From IMG/VR virus record IMGVR_UViG_3300010359_000011, positions 1 through 29,400 of that record: a stretch of DNA of 29,400 bases. One strand, written 5' to 3'. A model generated the notes under the pieces. It was not told where the DNA came from. It worked only from the letters and a program-made list of their open reading frames with translations, and did not search any database. Made by a program: the position numbers and the translations under genes. Of this stretch, positions 1-6,684 are shown piece by piece (the first letter of the stretch is position 1; the number at the start of each line of letters is the position of its first letter). The stretch comes from a virus (taxonomy: Duplodnaviria; Caudoviricetes).

Positions 1-306
1 TACTGTACATTGCGCTGTCGTGCCATCGAGAAGTTCAAAGAACAGCCCGACGCTTCCCGATCCCGGCGCGGCAAGTGCTGCACTCTGAAGAACGGCAACG
101 ACAATATGATGAACAGTATCATTAGAATTCGACGACTTGGTAATATTAGCATTCGACGTGAAGCTCATCGAGCGGCCACCAGCAAATCGGCCCGTCTGAG
201 TATTGAAATTACCTGCTGAGCTATCCCAATAACCCGCAATCATTTCGACTGGCGATGCCGTAGCATAGGTTGGGTAGAGATCAAAAGAGTCGCCGAAAGC
301 ATACAT
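1..306 (-). CDS. Putative virion/tail-associated protein, partial (runs off window start)
   Basis: ATG at 306 overlaps the upstream TGA (TGATG); frame open to base 1: MYAFGDSFDLYPTYATASPVEMIAGYWDSSAG...; beta-strand-like composition; follows the fibre gene. Absent from the ORF track because truncated. Confidence 0.6.
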   Translation of the reverse strand, partial: MYAFGDSFDLYPTYATASPVEMIAGYWDSSAGNFNTQTGRFAGGRSMSFTSNANITKSSNSNDTVHHIVVAVLQSAALAAPGSGSVGLFFELLDGTTAQCTV

Positions 307-1271
307 CAGTGATACCCCTGCCCAACCACATTACCAAGTATAGTCGTACCACCATTTGCCGTCACCAGCATAATCAAATCCCTACCAGAGGCCGTGATTG
401 TAGGTACGGTCCCTCCAGCCCAGATCGTTCCAGCTGGCCACGACGTCACATTGAAGCTGCCTGCATTCGTAATATCCAGCACCAGCTTTGCAAAATTCCC
501 AGTCGCTGGCCAATTACTCACTGCAATAGTTGCATTCGCCGTCAGACTAACCTGCTGATACTCTCCATTCTGCCAATTAACAGTCGTCGCCCCATTAGCC
601 GTCACCACCCCTGGCACCGTGAGCGCTGACCTCTGATAGGTCAGCGTCCCCGTCAGCGTAGGACTCGCGAGCGGAGCATACGTCGCCGCTACAAACGCAG
701 CGGTCACAAAAGTGGCTGTCGCCGAAGCCCAGTCCGTCAGATCGCTATGAGTCAGATGAACCCAGGTCGCATTATTCCTCGCATACGTAGTACCATCCGA
801 CGGAGCGTCCGTAATCCCGCCCCCACTCCCATTCGCAGCCGCCGTCACGCGCCCCTTCGCATCCACCGTAATGTTCGCACTCGTATAGGAGCCCGCCGTC
901 ACCCCCGAGGCCGCGAGTGTGGCCGCAATGTTCGTTGCGCCACTCCCGGTCACATCTCCGCTCAGCGTAACCGTCTGATTGCCAGTAATGAAAGATGCAG
1001 TCGCCGCAACCCAGTCCGTAATATCATTGTGATTAAGTACAACTACGCCGGTCTTCCCGGCCACAGACGAGACGCCCACATTGATAGTCACCCATCCCCC
1101 ACCCTGGCGACCATACGGACCACCAGTCAGCGGCGCTTCGGGGACGCCACCGCCCGCATAGCCCATAACATCGGCCGCCAGTAGCAGCAGATCTTCGCCA
1201 TCCGGCATCATCGGACCCGTAGTCCTATTGAAACTCGGATACCTACTCTGAGGGATGGGTGAGTTTGCCAT
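306..1271 (-). CDS. Fibre-like virion protein with two foldon-like motifs
   Basis: Start moved to ATG 1271 (TAATG overlap). VPEAPLTGGPYGRQGGGWV and ITDAPSDGTTYARNNATWV resemble the T4 fibritin foldon; TLSGDVTGSG...ITVDAKGRVTAA is a common fibre segment; Gly/Ala/Thr rich. Confidence 0.7.
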   Translation of the reverse strand: MANSPIPQSRYPSFNRTTGPMMPDGEDLLLLAADVMGYAGGGVPEAPLTGGPYGRQGGGWVTINVGVSSVAGKTGVVVLNHNDITDWVAATASFITGNQTVTLSGDVTGSGATNIAATLAASGVTAGSYTSANITVDAKGRVTAAANGSGGGITDAPSDGTTYARNNATWVHLTHSDLTDWASATATFVTAAFVAATYAPLASPTLTGTLTYQRSALTVPGVVTANGATTVNWQNGEYQQVSLTANATIAVSNWPATGNFAKLVLDITNAGSFNVTSWPAGTIWAGGTVPTITASGRDLIMLVTANGGTTILGNVVGQGYH

Positions 1272-1726
1272 TAGGCGAAGTCCCCGACTTGCTTCCACTT
1301 GCCGAGCGAGGACACCACAAAGAGCGTCGCATGTCCAGCTGCCAGTGTAGTGGCCGCCGTAGGTGCATTCGCTGTCCCCGTCCCATGCGGCACCACCACG
1401 TCTGCCGCCCCCGTCACCGCATTCAGCTGCGTCGTGTAGATACTACACGAGTTGGCCGCAGCATTATTAATCACCCAGACCTGACTCCCGGAGATCGCCG
1501 CCGGAAGCTTGAGTGAGTCGGCCGCCGCTCCGACCGTATTAACCTCGTTCACGCCCGTATTCAACTGTACTGCATTCGCGATCCCGCCGCCCGACCCCGC
1601 TACAATTCCCACCTTATTGCCCAGCAGGATATTGTAGAGGTTGGTAAGGTCGCCCCCATCCACGAGGGTCGGCCCCGGCCCTCTCGAAAATGAGGGCATA
1701 TTGCTTATATGTGAAGCACCTGGCAT
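1271..1726 (-). CDS. Putative virion protein, paralog of 1778-2164
   Basis: GAGGAGG RBS; QLNTGVNEVNTV...DSLKLP...VINN...KWKQVGDFA aligns with the neighbouring gene. Confidence 0.65.
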   Translation of the reverse strand: MPGASHISNMPSFSRGPGPTLVDGGDLTNLYNILLGNKVGIVAGSGGGIANAVQLNTGVNEVNTVGAAADSLKLPAAISGSQVWVINNAAANSCSIYTTQLNAVTGAADVVVPHGTGTANAPTAATTLAAGHATLFVVSSLGKWKQVGDFA

Positions 1727-1777
1727 CCTAGCCTCCTCAGCAGGAGAATTGGCCCACCATTGGGTGAGCCAACCCCA

Positions 1778-2164
1778 TTACGAAAAGTCGCCGATCTGTT
1801 TCCAGACGCCAGGCTGCGTGCAGGTGAACCAAGAGCAGTGACCCGCAGCGAGTGCGACACCCGTCGCTGCCGGAGTCAGCGCCGAAGAGCCGTGCAGCAT
1901 GAACTGGTCGGCCACGCCGCCGTTCGCCGCATTCGCTGCCTGGCCCCAGATCTTGAGACCAGTCGTGCCCGCCGCACCCGAGTTAATAACGACGAACGAG
2001 CCGCCGATATTTGCCGGAGGCGCTTGAACGGAGTCGCCCGCCGTGACAACGGTAGTCACCTCATTGATCCCGAGCGTCAGCTGCGGCGAGTTAGCATACG
2101 CACCACCTGCCGCTGCCGTCACATAGTTCGTGATCGGGGTAGTTGGAAGAACCATAAAAGACAT
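1778..2164 (-). CDS. Putative virion protein, paralog of 1271-1726
   Basis: AAGGAG RBS before ATG 2164 (MSFMVLP); QLTLGINEVTTV...DSVQAP...VINS...VWKQIGDFS. Confidence 0.65.
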   Translation of the reverse strand: MSFMVLPTTPITNYVTAAAGGAYANSPQLTLGINEVTTVVTAGDSVQAPPANIGGSFVVINSGAAGTTGLKIWGQAANAANGGVADQFMLHGSSALTPAATGVALAAGHCSWFTCTQPGVWKQIGDFS

Positions 2165-2201
2165 AACGCGCTCCTTGCGACCCTTCGGGTCGCGGTTTCT
2201 C

Positions 2202-3050
2202 TTAATAGGACCGATCACTGAATATGTTGTAGATCCTCGGCCTACTAAGCTCCTGCGGCAGCTCTAGCACCGCGATCTGTGCCGCATTCGCTTTGATCGC
2301 AGCTCTTGCTCCCCGAGCTATCTCGGGTAGATGATCTCCTGGTCCCGTCCTGATACCATAGTGCGGCCTCAGCCGTATCGCCAAATTAGTATAAAACGCA
2401 TTAAAGAACAGGAACGGAATTTCAAAAATATCTGCCGTAGTCAAAAACTGGATGGGCATCTGTTGCCGCATCACAATGCCGAGCCCATAAATCCTGTCCG
2501 TGGGCAGCGGCGCAATAAACAAATTGCCGAGCGGCCAGCTCGGTCTATAATAAAAAGCTCCCGGAAAACTTACCATCCCCTTCAGCGCGATCCTAGAGAA
2601 GTCCTCCTCGGCCTCCATCCGCATCAGCGGATAGTCAATCGGCAATCCCACTCCCTGACTCTGTCTCAGGAACACCGCCTTGAGCCGCCTCGGGCTCACA
2701 GAGATCGACTGCGTGGGGGTCTGCGCCGTATTGTCTGGCCCTGTCTCGAAGCCGCCCTGCGCTCCTGCTCCAGGCCCCACTGGAAAATAATACACCGGAT
2801 AGCTGCTGGTCCCCATATTCGTATCAACAGGCAACAGGCTAACATCAATATTCTGTATTGTAATGGTCTGGGAAGCCCAGACCATGAACGGATCTTCGCC
2901 CCACTCCTGAAGCATCCACTGGAGCCGAGCCCACGCATCAGTCACCTCCTCTCCAGTCGCCACTTGGCCCATACCGACCGCACCGCACTCCTTGAGCGCA
3001 GCCTGGCAAATATCGTCAACTGACGTCTCGAGAGGAGTTAACTGGCTCAT
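2202..3050 (-). CDS. Head-tail adaptor (P22 gp4-like)
   Basis: N-terminal DDICQAALKECGAVGMGQVATGEEVTDAWARLQWMLQEW and C-terminal NLAIRLRPHYG fit this family; lies downstream of the capsid gene. Confidence 0.7.
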   Translation of the reverse strand: MSQLTPLETSVDDICQAALKECGAVGMGQVATGEEVTDAWARLQWMLQEWGEDPFMVWASQTITIQNIDVSLLPVDTNMGTSSYPVYYFPVGPGAGAQGGFETGPDNTAQTPTQSISVSPRRLKAVFLRQSQGVGLPIDYPLMRMEAEEDFSRIALKGMVSFPGAFYYRPSWPLGNLFIAPLPTDRIYGLGIVMRQQMPIQFLTTADIFEIPFLFFNAFYTNLAIRLRPHYGIRTGPGDHLPEIARGARAAIKANAAQIAVLELPQELSRPRIYNIFSDRSY

Positions 3051-3051
3051 A

Positions 3052-3567
3052 CTACTTCACTCCCACTCCCGTGCGCTGGGCCGTCGGATTAAGTGTGGGC
3101 GGCGGAGCAGCCTTCTCCTGAGCCGCCAACCTTTCCTCCATATCCTTATACTTCTCCTGCAGAATCTCATACGGCGACTTCGGCGGCGCACTCCCAGCAG
3201 TCGCCGGATTAATGCGCCTGGCCGCAGCCTCTGTCAGGTGCCAGCCCTTCCCCACAAACTCCGCCTCCTCCTCTGGGCTCTGCACCGTCACATTCTTCAC
3301 ACCCCAGTGCTGCCCCGCATACTTGACATTCCCCCTCTCATCCCGCACAGGGTCGCCGTCCCTGTTCGTGACCATAATCCCCTGGCTCACCAGTTCCATT
3401 TCACCCTGCGGATGGTACAGCATCTTAGGATACTGCACAGGCCCAGCATAAATGCTGATCCCATCCTGATTGACAGCCTGGGCATTCGCCACATTGTCCT
3501 CGAACACTCCCGCCTCGTCCATCGCATGATAGACGGAGTAAACCCTCTGTGTCCTATTCCTCGGCAT
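3052..3567 (-). CDS. Hypothetical post-capsid protein
   Basis: AGGAG RBS, ATG 3567 (MPRNRTQR); motif QYPKMLYHP...VQSPEEEAEFVGKGWH. Confidence 0.65.
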   Translation of the reverse strand: MPRNRTQRVYSVYHAMDEAGVFEDNVANAQAVNQDGISIYAGPVQYPKMLYHPQGEMELVSQGIMVTNRDGDPVRDERGNVKYAGQHWGVKNVTVQSPEEEAEFVGKGWHLTEAAARRINPATAGSAPPKSPYEILQEKYKDMEERLAAQEKAAPPPTLNPTAQRTGVGVK

Positions 3568-3568
3568 C

Positions 3569-3784
3569 TCACTTCTCCTTCTTCTTGTGTTCCTTATGAT
3601 CCTCGTTCTTATGCTTCTTCGGCTCCTCTTGCGGCTGTGGAGCCTCTGCTGGCGGCTCCGTCGAGTGGGCCTCATGCCAGCCCCTCTCCTTACCCTGCCT
3701 CAACTCCTCCTCATCGTAGACAACCATCTCCGGATTGTCCTGCTTATACAGCATCATCGGAAACTTGGCACCCACTTGCGGCAT
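3569..3784 (-). CDS. Small post-capsid protein related to 3052-3567
   Basis: AGGAGG RBS, ATG 3784 (MPQVGAKF); motif KFPMMLYK...VYDEEELRQGKERGWH; Lys/Glu/His-rich tail. Confidence 0.6.
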   Translation of the reverse strand: MPQVGAKFPMMLYKQDNPEMVVYDEEELRQGKERGWHEAHSTEPPAEAPQPQEEPKKHKNEDHKEHKKKEK

Positions 3785-3798
3785 AGTATCCTCCTTCT

Positions 3799-3822
3799 TG
3801 GGGGGCCAGAATTGGCCCCCCA
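3799..3822 (-). promoter_or_regulatory. GC-rich hairpin downstream of capsid gene
   Basis: TGGGGGGCCA-GAAT-TGGCCCCCCA, 10-bp stem; no U tract on the minus strand, so a stabilising or pausing role is more likely than termination. Confidence 0.45.
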
Positions 3823-3857
3823 GCTTCTTGAGATTACCCATCCATAGATCGTGCGAG

Positions 3858-5081
3858 TCAGATGACATCCGCGACAATCACTGCCCACTCTGGCCTGATC
3901 CACAGGTACCCATAGAGCACGTCCAGCCTCGTAATAAGCTGGTCGCTCCCAATGAAGTAATCCGAGATCATCCGCATGCTGATCCCGTCGAACTGGTCAC
4001 GCGCAACCGCATGCACATTCTCCGGGGTCTCCAAGTCCGCGGTCGCCAGCGTGACAGCCTCCGGCGCGAACACGAAGTTCTTCCGGTAAACAGAGCTGGC
4101 CGCCAGGTTGTTCGTCGGGTTGACCGCAGCACCATTCGCCGGAGACGCCGTGACCGTCTGATACTGGACGGGCATGTTCCCATTCGGAGGAACAATCGCC
4201 GGATAAATGGAGAGCGACGTCCCACCGCTCGCGAGTGGCGCAGTCACCACGAACTGTTCGAGCTGGCCCGTGGTCTGCTTGGTGATCCTGTTCACCTTAT
4301 AGACACCCGGAATAGTAACAATGTCACCAGCCGCGAACGTAGTAGTGCCCGCCGTCACCGTCAAACTCAACCCAGTCTGGTTGGCCCCATTGACGGTAAT
4401 GGAGCCCTGCGCCGACGTGCCGCTCGTATGCGCGATGACAGTCTGGTCCTTCATCCAGATGAACCCGAGCGCATCGTACATCCGGCCCGTCACATACTGC
4501 CTGCCAATCTCAGGCGCGGGATTGAGCAGACCGGCCAGGGTAGCGACCATCCTCGCCTCCGTATTGGGCGAGTTGACCACCTTCCTGTTCTCGATCGGCG
4601 CGGAGTTGTTGTCCATGTTCGCGCCTGCCAGCAGATAGGTGGCGGCAATCGGGCTCAGGATATTATTGCTCGTATCCTGATTGGCCACCAAATTACAGAC
4701 GCCGCCCTCGACGCCAGACATAATGTCTGCCGCCACGTTACCCGCCAGATTGTTCACCGCCGGAGCGAGAATACGCCTGGAGAAGTCGTCCAAGCGCATC
4801 GTCCGCTCTTGCGTAGTGAACGCAACAGCAACGTGCTTCTGAGTCGCCAGCGTCAGCGTAACGCTCTGTTCCGCGGTATCCTGAACCACCAGCCCAGGGC
4901 CGGTTGCCACAATGTAGTCGTTGGGCAGCCTGATCCTGATCGCATTGCCAGTCTTCGCCCCAGAGACGGCGAAGCTGTCATCATATTGCATATCCACATT
5001 CTGGATGAACGCATTAGTATTCTTCCAGATCCTGATCGCTTCCCTCGTAACGAGGTCGATCGTAAGAAGCGTATTAGACAC
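3858..5081 (-). CDS. Major capsid protein, P22 coat (gp5) family
   Basis: GTG 5081 start: SNTLLTIDLVTREAIRIWKN, YDDSFAVSGAKTGNAIRIRLP, C-terminal TRLDVLYGYLWIRPEWA; ~407 aa; follows scaffold. Confidence 0.92.
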   Translation of the reverse strand: MSNTLLTIDLVTREAIRIWKNTNAFIQNVDMQYDDSFAVSGAKTGNAIRIRLPNDYIVATGPGLVVQDTAEQSVTLTLATQKHVAVAFTTQERTMRLDDFSRRILAPAVNNLAGNVAADIMSGVEGGVCNLVANQDTSNNILSPIAATYLLAGANMDNNSAPIENRKVVNSPNTEARMVATLAGLLNPAPEIGRQYVTGRMYDALGFIWMKDQTVIAHTSGTSAQGSITVNGANQTGLSLTVTAGTTTFAAGDIVTIPGVYKVNRITKQTTGQLEQFVVTAPLASGGTSLSIYPAIVPPNGNMPVQYQTVTASPANGAAVNPTNNLAASSVYRKNFVFAPEAVTLATADLETPENVHAVARDQFDGISMRMISDYFIGSDQLITRLDVLYGYLWIRPEWAVIVADVI

Positions 5082-5209
5082 CGGAGTTCTCCGAATTGAT
5101 CCTTTCTGCGGCGAGTCACCGCTGTTACCTCTTACAGGGAGCACAGTCCCAGGGCTGGCCAGTCTTTAAGGAGTCTGGCAACTCCGACATCGGGCCGAGG
5201 CCCGAAGCT

Positions 5210-5398
5210 CTACCGGCGAGTCTTCTCCCGTTGACTCTCGGTCATATTCCCTCGTCTGATGCCTTTCTCAGTCGGCTTATTAGTTCCCTTCTTCAGATCC
5301 CCGGCCTTCTGCAGAGCGCTCGTTGCCACCGCCCATGGATCGTCCACTCCGCCCTTCGCCTTGATCTTGCTGACCGCCTTCTCCAGGATCTTTGGCAT
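5210..5398 (-). CDS. Small basic hypothetical protein
   Basis: AGGAGGAG RBS, MPKILEKAVSKIKAKGG...WAVATSALQKAG. Confidence 0.6.
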   Translation of the reverse strand: MPKILEKAVSKIKAKGGVDDPWAVATSALQKAGDLKKGTNKPTEKGIRRGNMTESQREKTRR

Positions 5399-5498
5399 CA
5401 CACACTCCTCCTTCACAGCAGCTCATCTCGCCGCCCAGACAGTGCCAGCACGGATACCCGTCCTTGAGCGTCTGCCCGTGACACCACTCGCACCTCAT
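5280..5498 (-). CDS. Small Cys-rich (zinc-finger-like) protein
   Basis: TGATG coupling with the scaffold stop; CEWC...CWHC...CCEG; 3' part overlaps the next ORF. Confidence 0.45.
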   Translation of the reverse strand: MRCEWCHGQTLKDGYPCWHCLGGEMSCCEGGVCDAKDPGEGGQQDQGEGRSGRSMGGGNERSAEGRGSEEGN

Positions 5499-6277
5499 CA
5501 GCGAATACCCCGCTCCTTGGCCTGCGCATTCCGGGCCTTCATCCATGCAGCCGTATCCATCTCCTTAGCCCGATCCGAGTCATCCGGCGCAGCCGCATTC
5601 ACCGGAGAGCTACTCCCGACCGGCCTAATAGGTTTCGGCGCCTTACTCGGCTCTCCCGGCCCCGCCCTCACCAGCTTCGCGACCTCCATCGTCATCTTGA
5701 CCGGAGCCAGGTTCAGCACCCTCGCTGCCTCCTCCAGATTGCCACCCAGCCGATGAATGACTCCCTCCGGATCGCCCGTCTCCAGTGCCGCCTGCAAAAA
5801 GATATTATAATTCTGCAAGGAGCGTGGATCGGCCTGATCCACCAGCTGCGTGATCCCATTCAGCCGCACCTGCCAATCCGGATACTTCCCAGCGCCCCTC
5901 TGCGCGGCCTCATTACACGCACTATCAAACGTCCTTTGAGCAGCCACCATCGTAGCCCGCTCATTAATCATCTGATCAATCTGCGCGTCCGTCAGTCGCT
6001 GCCCCGTTCCCGGATCAATAGGCTTGTCAGCCCCCGGTCCCTTCGCCTCATACTCCCTGAGTCTGGCCGTCAGCTTCGCAACCCGATCCACGGCAGATTT
6101 CGGCCAAGCCCCTTTCGGCGTCTCAGGTTGCGCCGGACTGGGAGCGGGCGGCTCGCCGTGGGAGGATTCACCAACCACCCGCTCCCCTTCGGCAGGAGCG
6201 GGGGGAGTAACCGCTTCAACCGCCGGCTCAGCCCCCTCGACAGGGGCCGAAACTTTATCATCATTCTCAGTAGCCAT
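5498..6277 (-). CDS. Capsid scaffolding protein
   Basis: Acidic Pro-rich N-terminus, RVAKLTARLRE coiled coil, C-terminal APKPIRPVG...MDTAAWMKARN; shortly upstream of the coat gene. Confidence 0.8.
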   Translation of the reverse strand: MATENDDKVSAPVEGAEPAVEAVTPPAPAEGERVVGESSHGEPPAPSPAQPETPKGAWPKSAVDRVAKLTARLREYEAKGPGADKPIDPGTGQRLTDAQIDQMINERATMVAAQRTFDSACNEAAQRGAGKYPDWQVRLNGITQLVDQADPRSLQNYNIFLQAALETGDPEGVIHRLGGNLEEAARVLNLAPVKMTMEVAKLVRAGPGEPSKAPKPIRPVGSSSPVNAAAPDDSDRAKEMDTAAWMKARNAQAKERGIR

Positions 6278-6684
6278 CAGTTCATTCTCCCTGTATGCAG
6301 ATAATCGGTCCCACGACCCATCTGCAAGCTCTTATCCATAACGAGTGCCTCATGAATTTTCACCCGCTCCTCATTACTCAGGCTAGGACTAACCGCAGGA
6401 TCAAGCATTCTCGCGAGCGTCTGCCTTGCCGCCTCGACTCCCTTAGCCCAATTCCACTCCAGATAAATCTGCTCCAGCTCCCTCCCATTCCTCCCAGGAA
6501 ACTGCCTCTTGAACGCAGCCCAATGCTCATTGTGATGCATAAGACTCTCATAGCTCTCCATCACAATCCCATACGCTGCATTCGCGATCACAGGATGAAC
6601 AGCCTTGATCCGCTTCTTCATCCCCTTCCACGCTTTCAACCTCTCCAGTTCATTGCGCACTGGCTGCCTCCCTTCGGGAGGCAT
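6277..6684 (-). CDS. Hypothetical protein
   Basis: Likely start ATG 6684 or GTG 6660 (GGAGG upstream of each); stop coupled to scaffold start. Confidence 0.55.
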   Translation of the reverse strand: MPPEGRQPVRNELERLKAWKGMKKRIKAVHPVIANAAYGIVMESYESLMHHNEHWAAFKRQFPGRNGRELEQIYLEWNWAKGVEAARQTLARMLDPAVSPSLSNEERVKIHEALVMDKSLQMGRGTDYLHTGRMN

